This document shows, piece after piece, positions 38,685 through 50,300 of a stretch of DNA of 64,000 nt. This stretch comes from Polyangia bacterium. Lineage in GTDB: Bacteria; Myxococcota_A; Polyangia; Haliangiales; JADYYK01. Below the pieces are notes generated by a model, which was not told the DNA's origin, did not search any database, and saw only the letters and a program-made list of their open reading frames with translations. How positions within the stretch are numbered: the stretch's first letter is position 1; every line of letters starts with the position of its first letter. The stretch is taken from the NCBI GenBank assembly GCA_044229835.1, contig JBGASF010000001.1, forward strand, positions 117,738-181,737, in the 5' to 3' direction. The translations under genes were made by a program, and so were the position numbers.

Positions 38685-38735
38685 GCACAGGTCGACCCCC
38701 GGCACGCGAGGGCGGTTGCCAGGCTTGGCGACGGG

Positions 38736-39524
38736 GTGTCATATGGAGCGATGATCCGCACAGGCTGCGTGGTGTCCGTGCTGGCGACGCTGGGGCTGCT
38801 CGGGGCCGGCTGCGGTGGAGGAGGCGGCGGCTCGCCCGATGGCAGCGTCGTCCCGCCCGTCGATGCCAGCAGCGCGGACGCCGGCGTGGTGCCCGACGGC
38901 GGCAACTCGCCCGACGGCGCGGTGACCTGCGCCACCGCGGCGATGGGGCTGGCGCTGGGGCTGTTCCCGTCGGGCGGCGCGACCAGTGGCGCCACGGTGG
39001 GCTACGTCGGCTGCGGCGCGACCACCACGGCGACCGGCACGCCGGCGATGTGGAACCTCATGGTGTCGCAGCAGGCCAGCTACTTCAGGCTGACGCACAC
39101 CGGCTTTCGCACCTCGCTGTCGGCCGAGATCAACCCCGTCGTCTTCAGCGCCGGGGCCACGCTGCCGCTGCAGCTCGTCAGCACCGGCCTTACGCCCTAT
39201 GACGCCGGCAAGGCGCACCTGCTGGTCAGCATCGGCACCGCGGTCACGCCGTGCACCAAGGCGGGCAACACGGTGTCGCTGCCCGGCCACCCCGAGGCGG
39301 TGGTCAGCTACATCAATGCCGCGGGCGCCAGCACCGGCGGCACGTCGACCAGCAACGACGGGCTGGCCTGGCTGACCGGGATCGTGCCCGGGCTGAACCC
39401 CATCGGCACCCCGACGCTGACCTCGGGCGTCTCGGGCTGCACGCCACGCACGACCTTCAGCACCGGCAACGTCAACCTGGTGGTCGACGCGGTCACGGTG
39501 CTGAACGCCGAGATGCGCCAGTAG
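38736..39524 (+). CDS. hypothetical lipoprotein
   Basis: 'MIRTGCVVSVLATLGLLGAGCGGGGGGSPDG' signal plus lipobox. No motif recognised. Confidence 0.7.
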   Translation: MSYGAMIRTGCVVSVLATLGLLGAGCGGGGGGSPDGSVVPPVDASSADAGVVPDGGNSPDGAVTCATAAMGLALGLFPSGGATSGATVGYVGCGATTTATGTPAMWNLMVSQQASYFRLTHTGFRTSLSAEINPVVFSAGATLPLQLVSTGLTPYDAGKAHLLVSIGTAVTPCTKAGNTVSLPGHPEAVVSYINAAGASTGGTSTSNDGLAWLTGIVPGLNPIGTPTLTSGVSGCTPRTTFSTGNVNLVVDAVTVLNAEMRQ

Positions 39525-39538
39525 CGCGGGCGGGCGGC

Positions 39539-40300
39539 TCAGGTGGTGGTGGTGCGCACGGCGCGGAAGCGCAGGCGCACATAGTCGGCGGTCCAGCGCC
39601 CGTCGGCGTCGCACAGGGCCGGGCGCACGCGCTGCTCGACCTCGGCGAGGTAGGCCGCGCGCTGCTCGGGTGGCAGCACGCGGGTGAACGACTCGGCGAA
39701 GGTGGCCAGCCAGCCGCCCAGCGCGCCGGGCAGCGGGGTCGGGCGCGGGAACAGGCGGATCTCGGGCACCTCGAAGCCGGCGCGCGCGAGGCGGCTCGCG
39801 TACTCGACCACGGTGGGGAAGTACCACGGTGACGCGGCGCGGCCGTCGAGGCCGCGAGCGTCGAGGGCCGCGATCAGCGCGCCGTGGATGGTCTCCACGC
39901 AGCCGTCGCCGCCGCACTCGGCGACGAAGCGACCGCCGGGGCGCAGCGCGCGCGCGACGCCGGCCAGCACGCGGTCGGCGTCGGGCATCCAGTGCAGCGC
40001 GGCGTTGGAGAACACGGCGTCGAACTCGCCGTCGAAGCTCAGCTCCTCGCCGGCCATCACGCGGGCGTCGAGGCCCAGCGCCTGGGCGGCGGCGATCTGC
40101 TCCGGGCTGGAGTCGACCCCGACGACCTTGCAGCCGCGCGCCACCAGGGTGCGCGTCAGCGCGCCGTCGCCACAGCCGAGATCGAGGATGCGCTCGCTGG
40201 GCTGCGGAGCCAGCAGCTCGAGCACGGGCTGGCCGAGGTCGGCCACGAAGCGGGCGTTGTGGGCGTAGCGGGCGGGATCCCAGTGCTGGGGGCCACTCAT
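39539..40300 (-). CDS. class I SAM-dependent methyltransferase (trans-aconitate methyltransferase-like)
   Basis: ATG 40300. 'ERILDLGCGDGALT' motif I, 'FDAVFSNAALHW', 'LRPGGRFV'. Confidence 0.85.
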   Translation of the reverse strand: MSGPQHWDPARYAHNARFVADLGQPVLELLAPQPSERILDLGCGDGALTRTLVARGCKVVGVDSSPEQIAAAQALGLDARVMAGEELSFDGEFDAVFSNAALHWMPDADRVLAGVARALRPGGRFVAECGGDGCVETIHGALIAALDARGLDGRAASPWYFPTVVEYASRLARAGFEVPEIRLFPRPTPLPGALGGWLATFAESFTRVLPPEQRAAYLAEVEQRVRPALCDADGRWTADYVRLRFRAVRTTTT

Positions 40301-40355
40301 GATGCGGGCACGGGCGGGGCAGACGTCGGCATGCCGCGAGTGTACCCTCGGGGCC

Positions 40356-41555
40356 ATGAAGCTGCTCATCGCGGACAAGCTGGAGAACCAGGCGCTGCAG
40401 GCGCTGCGGGCGCTGCCCGGGCTGGAGGTGGTGTCCGAGCCCGGCATCGGCAAGGACGCGCTGCCTGACGCCATGGCCGGGGTCGGCATCCTGATCGTGC
40501 GCGGCAAGCAGGTCAGCGCGGCGGTGTTCGAGCGCGCGGATGCCCTGCAGCTTGTGGTGCGCGCGGGCGCCGGGGTCAACACCATCGACGTCAAGGCGGC
40601 CAGCGCGCGCGGCGTGTTCGTGGCCAACTGCCCGGGCAAGAACGCCATCGCGGTGGCCGAGCTGGCCATCGGCCTGATGCTGGCGCTGGATCGACGGCTG
40701 CCCGACGCGGTGGCCTCGCTGCGCGCGGGACGCTGGGAGAAGGGCGAGTATGGCAAGGCCGACGGCCTGTACGGCAAGTCGCTCGGCGTCGCCGGGCTGG
40801 GCGCCATCGGGCGCGAGGTGCTGCTGCGCGGGCGCGCGCTGGGGCTGCGCGGCCACGTCTACTCGCGCTCGCTGGACGCTGCCGGGGCGGCCGAGCTGGG
40901 GGTGACGCGGCACGACTCGCTGCGCTCGCTGGCGGCGGCGTCGGACATCCTGTCCTTGCACCTGCCGATGACGGCGGCGACGCGCGGGGCGGTCAACGCC
41001 GAGGTGCTGGCGGCGCTGCCGGCGCGCGCGATGCTCATCAACACGGCACGCGCCGAGGTGGTCGATCACGCCGCGCTGGCCGAGGTCGTGCGCGCGCGCG
41101 GCCTGCGCGTCGGCCTCGACGTGCTGCCCGGCGAGCCCGAGGCGGCCAGCGCCAGCTACAGCCACGAGCTGCTGGCCCTGCCCGGGGTCATCGCCACGCC
41201 ACACGTGGGCGCGTCGACCGCGCAGGCCCAGCTGGCCATCGCCGACGAGGCGGTGCGCATCGTGGCGTCGTTCCTGAAGGCCGGCGAGGTGCCGAACTGC
41301 GTCAACGTCGCGGTGACCCCGCCGGCGCACTGCCAGCTGGTGACCCGCCACCTGGATCGGGTCGGCGTGCTGGCGTCGCTGCTGGGTGTCATCAAGCAGC
41401 ACGGCATCAACGTCGGCGAGATGCAGAACCGCCAGTTCGAGGGCGGCGCCGCGGCCACCGCGGTCATCCGCCTGGGCAGCGCGCCCCCGGCGGCCTGCAT
41501 CGACGAGCTGCGCCGGGTGCCCGACGTGCTGCACATCGAGGTCGTGATGCTTTAA
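40356..41555 (+). CDS. D-isomer 2-hydroxyacid dehydrogenase with C-terminal ACT domain (phosphoglycerate dehydrogenase-like)
   Basis: ATG 40356. '[12 protein letters not shown]' NAD motif, 'ATPHVGAST', and a C-terminal ACT-like ~75 aa. Confidence 0.85.
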   Translation: MKLLIADKLENQALQALRALPGLEVVSEPGIGKDALPDAMAGVGILIVRGKQVSAAVFERADALQLVVRAGAGVNTIDVKAASARGVFVANCPGKNAIAVAELAIGLMLALDRRLPDAVASLRAGRWEKGEYGKADGLYGKSLGVAGLGAIGREVLLRGRALGLRGHVYSRSLDAAGAAELGVTRHDSLRSLAAASDILSLHLPMTAATRGAVNAEVLAALPARAMLINTARAEVVDHAALAEVVRARGLRVGLDVLPGEPEAASASYSHELLALPGVIATPHVGASTAQAQLAIADEAVRIVASFLKAGEVPNCVNVAVTPPAHCQLVTRHLDRVGVLASLLGVIKQHGINVGEMQNRQFEGGAAATAVIRLGSAPPAACIDELRRVPDVLHIEVVML

Positions 41556-41556
41556 A

Positions 41557-42770
<1,214 letters not shown>

Positions 42771-42774
<4 letters not shown>

Positions 42775-43796
42775 GGGCGCTGGTCAAGTCGCGCGCCGAG
42801 AAGGGGATCTGGCTGGAGGAGCAGCCCGTGCCCAGCGTCGGCCACAACGACGTGCTGGTGCGCATCAGCAAGGCCGCGGTGTGCGGGACCGACATCCACA
42901 TCTACTCGTGGGACGACTGGTCGCAGCGCAACATCAAGGTGCCGATGACCATCGGGCACGAGTTCGTCGGGCGCATCGAGGCGGTGGGCAGCGAGGTCTC
43001 CGGCTTCAAGCCGGGCGATCGCGTGTCGGGCGAGGGCCACATCACCTGCGGCCACTGTCGCAACTGCCGCGCCGGGCGGCGCCACCTGTGTCGCAACACC
43101 GTCGGCGTCGGCGTCAGCCGGCCGGGCTGCTTCGCGGACTATCTGTGCCTGCCGGCGGTCAACGCCTTCCACGTGCCCGACGCCATCGGGGACGACGTGG
43201 CGTCGTTCCTGGATCCGCTGGGCAACGCCACGCACACCGCGCTGTCGTTCGACCTGGTCGGCGAGGACGTGCTGATCACCGGGGCGGGGCCGATCGGGAT
43301 CATGGCGACCGCGATCGCGCGCCACGTCGGCGCCCGCTTCGTGGTGGTCACCGACGTCAACGAGTACCGGCTGGAGCTGGCGCGCAAGATGGGGGCCACG
43401 CGCGCGGTCAACATCAAGGCGACCTCCGTCGAGGCCACCATGGCCGAGCTCGGCATGACCGAGGGCTTCGACGTCGGCATGGAGATGTCGGGCAGCCCCG
43501 ATGCGCTGCGCGGCATGCTGAAGACGATGAACCACGGCGGGCGCGTGGCGCTGCTGGGCATCCCGCCGGGCGAGATCGCCATCGACTGGAACCTGGTCAT
43601 CTTCAAGGGGCTGGTGCTGAAGGGGATCTACGGGCGCGAGATGTTCGAGACCTGGTACAAGATGGCCAGCATGCTGCAGAGCGGGCTGGATGTGCGCCCG
43701 GTGATCACGCATCACTTCGCGGCGCGCGACTTCCAGCAGGCCTTCGATGTCATGCGCTCGGGCAGCTCGGGCAAGGTCATCCTGGACTGGAGCTAG
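42771..43796 (+). CDS. tdh: L-threonine 3-dehydrogenase
   Basis: GTG 42771 overlaps the kbl stop (GTGA). 'MRALVKS...[12 protein letters not shown]', 'GHEFVG', '[16 protein letters not shown]'. 341 aa, as in E. coli Tdh. Confidence 0.92.
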
Positions 43797-43942
43797 AGAG
43801 CCGGACGGGGGCCGACCCGCTTGCGGGTTCACACGTGAGTGAAGTCGCGTGGTTGCGTGCGTGCGCTGGCGCACCAAAGCTGGTCATTGCGCGGCCACAC
43901 GCTTCGACTATGCTGCGGGCTTTTAGCGCCGAGAGAGGTTTC

Positions 43943-44896
43943 ATGCGCGCGCTGGGCACGCTGAGCTTTGCTTCCTTGATGATGATGCTGTCGGTCGCGG
44001 GCTGCGCGACCGCGAGCGGTGGCAACGAACCCGACGCCGGCGGCGACGACGTGGTCGACGCGCGCGTGGTCGATGCCGCGCTGGACAAGGACGGCGCGCC
44101 GGTCGATGCCGCGCCGGCGGTCGATGCGCAGGGGATCGATGCTGCGGCGCCGGATGCGCAGCTGGTGGACGCGCAGATGATCGACGCCCGGCTGCCCGAC
44201 GCGCAGATGCTGGACGCCGCGGTGCCCGATGCGATGGCGCCGGATGCCGCGCCGATGTGCGTGCCGCCGGTGGCGGGGCCGTGTGACACCGCGCCGCAGT
44301 GTGGCTGCAGCGGGACGCAGAACTGTGTCGTCATCGACAACACCAGCGGCAACACCGGGTGCATCACCGCGGGGGCGACGACGCCGTACCGGTCGTGCAC
44401 CACGAACAGCCAGTGCGCGCGCGGCAACTCGTGCTTCGGCGGGCTGTGCACGCCGTACTGCGCGGGCAGCGCGGACTGCCCGGGCGCGTATCGCCAGTGC
44501 AAGCAGGCCTACTACGAGGACGCCGGGGGCGCCACGCTGCCGACGCCGGGCTTCCTGTACTGCACGCTGACCTGCGACCCGGTCAACCCGCAGCTGGATG
44601 ATGCGACCTACGACGCCTGCGGGCCGGGGCTGAAGTGTCTGCCCTCGAACGACCGCGCCAGCGACTGCTACAACCTGGGCTCGGGGTCGGGGACGCAGGA
44701 CTCGTTCTGTGGCATCACCTCGGCGGACGACTCGCTGTGCGCGCCGGGGTACCTGTGCACGTCCCCGATCGGGTTCGGCTTCGCGTGCGCGAAGTTCTGC
44801 GTGGTCGGCGGCACCGGGTGCCCGAGCGGGACGACGTGCAGCGGGTTCTCGACGGCGCAGTTCGCGGGACCGAACACCATCGGGATCTGCCAGTAG
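43943..44896 (+). CDS. cysteine-rich secreted lipoprotein
   Basis: RBS GAGAGAGG, ATG 43943. 'MRALGTLSFASLMMMLSVAGC' lipobox. An (x-D-A)-rich low-complexity spacer is followed by ~200 aa with more than 25 Cys. Confidence 0.8.
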   Translation: MRALGTLSFASLMMMLSVAGCATASGGNEPDAGGDDVVDARVVDAALDKDGAPVDAAPAVDAQGIDAAAPDAQLVDAQMIDARLPDAQMLDAAVPDAMAPDAAPMCVPPVAGPCDTAPQCGCSGTQNCVVIDNTSGNTGCITAGATTPYRSCTTNSQCARGNSCFGGLCTPYCAGSADCPGAYRQCKQAYYEDAGGATLPTPGFLYCTLTCDPVNPQLDDATYDACGPGLKCLPSNDRASDCYNLGSGSGTQDSFCGITSADDSLCAPGYLCTSPIGFGFACAKFCVVGGTGCPSGTTCSGFSTAQFAGPNTIGICQ

Positions 44897-44927
44897 CCGC
44901 TCTGCCCCACGAAGTGGGGCTGCGGCT
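44895..44927. terminator. bidirectional hairpin between convergent genes
   Basis: AGCCGC-tct-GCCCCAC-gaa-GTGGGGC-t-GCGGCT, i.e. a 7-bp apical stem plus a 6-bp basal stem. Confidence 0.55.
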
Positions 44928-44951
44928 ACTGTCTGGCTCCGTTCCGTCCTC

Positions 44952-45695
44952 CTACGGCTCGCACTCCGCGCTGGTCAGATCGCTCGCCGTCAGGCAGTCG
45001 CGGAACTGCGCCGCGCAGGTGGTGAACTCGCCGGTGTCGCCGCTGTCCTGGCAGCGCAGGCGCTGCTTCATGCAGGTCAGGCAGTAGTCGCGGTCTTCCT
45101 CGGCGTCGCGGCCCTGCAGCTCGCTGTCGCTGATGAACTTCTCGTACAGGATGGCGCGGAAGGGGCCGCTGCCAGCGCTGTGGCTGTGCTCGTCACCGCC
45201 GGTCAGCACCAGGCTCAGCTTGCCGTCGCTCTGCGGGCACAGCTCGCCGCCGGCCTGCAGCAGGCGCTGGCTGCCGGCGACGGCGCCACCGCTGGAGCTG
45301 CGCGACTCGCGGGCGGCCTCGAGCTCGAGGCGCAGGCCCGGGCCGCGCTCGCTGTCGGGGCGCGCGCCGGCCTCGAGCACCACGATGGCCAGGTAGCAGC
45401 GCTCGCGCCGGGCCGGGAAGCTGATGGACGGCAGGCGCTCGAGCTTGCCGTGCACCGGTGCCCCGGCGGCGGTGTAGCCCTCGGTCAGGTCGGCCAGGCG
45501 GGCGGCCACCATGCTGTCGGGCTCGGCCTGCTCAGGGGTCGCTGCCGGGGCGGCGAGGGCGGGAGGTGGCGGCGCGGGGGCGACGGTGGCGGCCTCCGGC
45601 GGGGGCGGCGCACCCGCGGGCAGCGCGCGGTCGGCCGGTCTGGGGGCGCAGCCGGCGAGCACCAGCAGCGCGAGGGCACGAACGGGGTGGCGCAT
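44952..45695 (-). CDS. hypothetical lipoprotein
   Basis: ATG 45695. 'MRHPVRALALLVLAGC' lipobox, Pro/Ala linker, Cys-containing C-terminus. Confidence 0.7.
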   Translation of the reverse strand: MRHPVRALALLVLAGCAPRPADRALPAGAPPPPEAATVAPAPPPPALAAPAATPEQAEPDSMVAARLADLTEGYTAAGAPVHGKLERLPSISFPARRERCYLAIVVLEAGARPDSERGPGLRLELEAARESRSSSGGAVAGSQRLLQAGGELCPQSDGKLSLVLTGGDEHSHSAGSGPFRAILYEKFISDSELQGRDAEEDRDYCLTCMKQRLRCQDSGDTGEFTTCAAQFRDCLTASDLTSAECEP

Positions 45696-45837
45696 CGCCG
45701 CGATGATACGCGGCCGGCCTGGCGACCTGCGTGAGCCCACGCCTTGCAGAGTGCCGGGGCAGCCACGGCGCGTCGCGGGTTTGTCCCGCGCGAACGCCAG
45801 GATTCTGCAAAACACTCTCGAAAATCTGAGGTCTCGA

Positions 45838-46506
45838 ATGCGACGGATGCTGGCGCTGGGCTTGGTCTGGGGGACGCTGGGGTGTTCGGGTGCGGGCGAG
45901 CCGGGCGGGTCAGGGCCGCAGGGTCCGACGCTGCCGGTGGTCGAGGTCGGGGCGCCGCTGGATGCGACCTTCGCGGCGCGCGCACGGGAGATCGCCAGCC
46001 AGTACAAGGCCTGGGGCCGCGTCGATGACGAGCTGCGCTGGGCCCCGTTCCTGTGTCGCCAGCCCATGCCGGCCAGCGCCCACGTCAGCGCCTCGGGCCA
46101 CGCCGACACCCACGGGCAGAAGCTGTACTCGGTGTTCGTGCGCGATCGCGAGCGCTATCCGGCCGATTCGCAGGTCGGACAGGTCGTGGTCAAGGAGTCC
46201 TTCGTGCCCGAGCGCGTGGAGCAGGCGGCGCCGTTCGATCAGACCACGGCGCAGAACGTCGAGGCCGATCACTTCCATCCCTATGTGGTCAAGGACGGCG
46301 TGACCTACCGCGCCGGGGCGCCGGCAGGGCTGTTCGTGATGTTCAAGCTGGCGCCGACGACGGTGGGGACGGATCGCGGCTGGGTCTATGCCACGGTGAA
46401 CACCGCGGGTGAGGTCAGCGCGGCGGGGCGCATCGCGTCGTGCATGACCTGCCACGAGGACGCCGAGCACGATCGACTGTTCGGGGTGCAGACGAGTCCT
46501 TACTGA
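45838..46506 (+). CDS. cytochrome P460-like c-type haem lipoprotein
   Basis: ATG 45838. 'MRRMLALGLVWGTLGC' lipobox. A single C-terminal CXXCH ('SCMTCHED') preceded by 'GWVYATV', the layout typical of the P460 family. Confidence 0.6.
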   Translation: MRRMLALGLVWGTLGCSGAGEPGGSGPQGPTLPVVEVGAPLDATFAARAREIASQYKAWGRVDDELRWAPFLCRQPMPASAHVSASGHADTHGQKLYSVFVRDRERYPADSQVGQVVVKESFVPERVEQAAPFDQTTAQNVEADHFHPYVVKDGVTYRAGAPAGLFVMFKLAPTTVGTDRGWVYATVNTAGEVSAAGRIASCMTCHEDAEHDRLFGVQTSPY

Positions 46507-46507
46507 G

Positions 46508-47119
46508 TCAGCGCTGGTCGAACTCGCCGACGACGTCGGCGATGAAGCGGCTGTCCTCGTCGGTGACCGCGCTGTCGGTGGCGACGGCGCGGGGCGCGTG
46601 GTGCGAACGCTCGATGGTGCGGCGCGCCAGGCCCGTCCAGCCCGCGCTGGCGCCGGTGACATAGATCGAGGTCACGTCGCCGTCGATGTCGGTGATGATG
46701 GTGCTCAGCAGGTAGCCCACGTCGCCGACCTGGATGTTGATGCGCACCCGGTCACCGACGCCGCGGCCCTGGCTGGAGCCGGTCAGGCGCAGCCAGTCGG
46801 TGGCACCGATGATGTCGGCGTCGCCGAGGTCGCTGGCGCTGTCGAAGCGCAGTGACAGATCGGGGGCGGTCACCGGCGGTGTGGCACGCACCGAGACGCG
46901 CTCCTCGATGCGCTGCTGGCGCTGGGCGCGCAGCTCGCCGCGCGGCAGCACGCGCTCGACGGCGCCGCGCCGGGTGGCACCGGCGTGGGCCTGCTTGACG
47001 TGCATGAGCAGGCGCGCCGAGGCCGCCCCGAAGGAGGCGGCCGACACGCGCAGTCCGCAGGCGGCGCAGATGCGGAAGCTGGCTTCGTGACTGCTGGCGT
47101 CCTTGGTCCGGGTCATCAT
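46508..47119 (-). CDS. hypothetical protein
   Basis: ATG 47119/47116 (MMTRTKDASSHEASFRICAACGL...). The rest of the long ORF upstream is shadow. No motif recognised. Confidence 0.55.
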   Translation of the reverse strand: MMTRTKDASSHEASFRICAACGLRVSAASFGAASARLLMHVKQAHAGATRRGAVERVLPRGELRAQRQQRIEERVSVRATPPVTAPDLSLRFDSASDLGDADIIGATDWLRLTGSSQGRGVGDRVRINIQVGDVGYLLSTIITDIDGDVTSIYVTGASAGWTGLARRTIERSHHAPRAVATDSAVTDEDSRFIADVVGEFDQR

Positions 47120-47317
47120 GACGCCCTCTATTGCGAGGCGGATGCCAGGGGCGGACATGCTGCAAGGGGGCGAGATTGCAGGGGAGCGGGGGCGAGGTGC
47201 GGCGGATTGGTCTGGTGGTGGCGCCATAGGGTGGCGTGGCGACCAGGGTAGGGACGGGGAGCCAGGGCGGCGCCGGCCAGCGCGGGCGCGGGTGGAGCGG
47301 CGTGCTAGGGTCGGCGC

Positions 47318-50300
47318 GTGGCGGATTCGGTGACGCGGACCGGGCAGGGGGCGCTCGCGGACACGGCGTCGGGGGTCGACCCGACCGGGCCGACGGTGGC
47401 GTCGGGGGTCGATCCGACCGGGCCGACGGTGGCGTCGGGGGTCGACCCGACCGGGCAGACGGTGGCGTCGGATGCGGGGGCGGCCGGAGATCTGCCACGC
47501 GCGTTCGAGGTCGAGCCGGTCGCGGCCGGGCACTATGCGCTGGGCGCCGAGATCGCACGCGGCGGCATGGGGCAGATCAGGACGGCGCGCGATCGACGGC
47601 TGGGGCGCACGGTGGCCATCAAGACGCTGCTGCCGGGCGCCTCCAGCGAGCTGGGCGAGCGCTTCGAGCGCGAGGCGCGCATCACCGCGCGGCTGATGCA
47701 TCCCGCCATCGTGCCGGTGTACGAGGCCGGGCGGCTGGCGGATGGGCAGCCGTTCTATGCCATGAAGTGGGTCGCGGGGCGGTCGCTGGAGCAGGTGGTG
47801 CGGCAGACGCGCACGCTGCGCGAGCGGCTGGCGCTGCTGCCCGCGGTCATCACGGTGGTCGACGCCATCGCCTATGCGCACAGCCTGCGGGTCATCCACC
47901 GCGATCTCAAGCCGCACAACGTGCTGGTCGGCGACTTCGGCGAGACCGTGGTCATCGACTGGGGGCTGGCCAAGGATCTCGGCGCCGGCCCCGGCGCCAG
48001 CGCCGCCAGTGCGCCGGCGCTGCCCTATCGCGCGCAGGGGGCGGGGGCGACCCGGGTCGGCCATGTCATGGGCACGGTGCCATACATGCCGCCCGAGCAG
48101 GCCGCGGGCGCCGAGGTCGACGAGCGCGCCGACGTCTATGCGCTGGGCGCGCTGCTGTATCACGTGCTGAGTGGGGCGCCGCCCTACCAGGGCCGCGACT
48201 CCGACGAGGTGCTGGAGGCCGTCCTGCGCGCGCCGCCGCGGGCGCTCGCCGAGGCGGCGCCGGGGGTGCCGCCCGAGCTGGCCACCCTGGTCGGCGCAGC
48301 GATGGCGCGCGAGCCGGAGCGCCGACCGACGGCGCGCCAGCTCGGCGAGCAGCTGCGTCGCTTCGAGACCGGGCAACTGGTGGGCGGCCACAGCTACTCG
48401 GCGTGGCAGCTGGTCAAGCGCTGGCTTGGGCGGCATCGCACGCCGGTGCTGGTCGGCGCGGTCGCGCTGGTGGCGCTGCTGGCGCTGGGCGCGCTCAGCC
48501 TGCGCGGCATCGTGCGCGAGCGCGATCGGGCGCGGCGGGCGGAGCAGGGCGAGCGGGCGTCACGCCTGGTGGCGGAGCGCGAGCGCGCGCGTGCCGAGGC
48601 CGGGCTGACCGCGCTGCTCACCGAGCAGGGGCGGCTGGCGCTGCTGGAGCGCGAGCCGCAGCAGGCGGCGGCGGCGCTGTCGGCGGCCTATGCGCGTGGG
48701 CCGGCCAGCCAGGGCCTCGGGCTGATGCTGGCGGCCGCGCTGGCGCCGCTGGAGGCGGAGCGCGCGCGGTTCGAGGCGGGCGGCGCGGTCAGGCTGGTGC
48801 GCGCGACCGACGCCGGGCCGGTGGCGTGGCGCGCGGATGGCGCCATCGCGAGCTTCTCGGCTGGCGTGGTCGCTGGTGCTGGTGCTGGTGCTGGTGCTGG
48901 TGCTGGTGCGCCGACCGTGGTGCGCGGGGGCTGGGTCGCGGCGGACACGCTGGCGCTGTCACATGATGGCCGCGTGCTCGCCAGCGCGCGGGTCGGGCAG
49001 CCGGTGGCGCTGTGGGATGCGCACGGTGGGGCGCGCCTCGGCGAGCTGGCCGAGGTGCCGGCGTCGGGGGCGCTGGTGGCGCTGTCGCGCGACGGCGGCC
49101 TGGTGGCGACGGCGTCGCCGCTGGCGCTGCACGAGCGGGGCGCGCCGCGCGCGCGCTGGCGCTGGGCGCCCGGGCGCGCGCCCGAGCTGGGGCCCGCGCT
49201 GGAGGAGATCACCGGCCTGGCGTTCAACGCCGACGGCTCGCGCCTGCTGGTGCTCGACAAGAGCGGCGTCGCGGCGCTGGTCGACTGCACCACCGGGCGC
49301 GTGCTGCAGCGCTATGCGCACGGCCCCGACCTGCTGCTGGCGGGGGCCATCTCGCCGCGCGGCCTCATCCTGGCCACCGCGGCGCGCGACGGCAGCGTGC
49401 GCGTGTGGGGCACCGAGCAGGCGCTGCAGGTGGCCACGCTGAGCGGCCATCGCGACGCCGTCAGCGCGCTGGCCTTCAGCCCCGATGGCGCGCTGCTGGC
49501 GACCGGGAGCTGGGACCGCACGGTGCGGGTGTGGGACGCCTTCTCGGGGGCGCTGCTGGTGACCCTGGTCGGTCATGACACGCTGCTGGTCGACGTGGCC
49601 TTCAGCGCCAGCGGCGCGCAGCTGGTCAGCGCCGCGCGCGACGGCAGCGTGCGGGTGTGGGACCTGGCGCGGGTGCTGCCGCGTTCGGTCCGCCATGTCG
49701 CGACCGTGAGCGCGGCGACGCTGTCGCCCGATGGCGCGCTGCTGGCGACCGCGAGCAGCGAGGACGATCCGGCCGGCGCGGTGCAGCTCTACGACGCCGT
49801 CAGCGCGGCGCCGGCCGGTGTGCTGGCGCTGCCCGGCGGCGCCACGCGGGTGCGCTTCTCGCGCGATGGCGGGCGCATCGCGGCGGGCGGGCCGAGCGGC
49901 CTCCTGCGGGTGTGGCAGGTCGCCGGTCGCCAGCAACTGGTCGAGGTCGCCTGCGGCGCGGCCATCGAGGCGCTGGCGTTCAGCCCCGACGGCGAGCGGC
50001 TGGGCTGTGCCGCGGGGGGGCGGGTGCGGCTGTTCGGCGCCGCCGATGGCGCGCAGATGCTGGAGCGCGAGGCGCCCGGCGTCAGCGTGCTGGAGTGGAC
50101 GCACGACGGCGCGCGGCTGGTCACGGCGGGGCAGGGCGTCGAGGTCGCGGATGGGCGCACCGGCGTGGTGACGCAGCGCTGGCCGCTGCCGGCGCTGACC
50201 GGGCCGGGCGGCGCGCTGGCGCCGGACGGCGCGCAGCTGGTGCTGACGCTGGCCGACAAGAGCTCGGGCGTGCTGGCGCTCGGGACGGGAGCCTGGCGGG

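Noticed and set aside
43797-43942. Possible small RNA or riboswitch in the 146-nt gap after tdh
   Set aside because: Only a short imperfect hairpin (GACCCGC-TT-GCGGGTT) was seen, with no recognisable riboswitch core. Evidence is insufficient.
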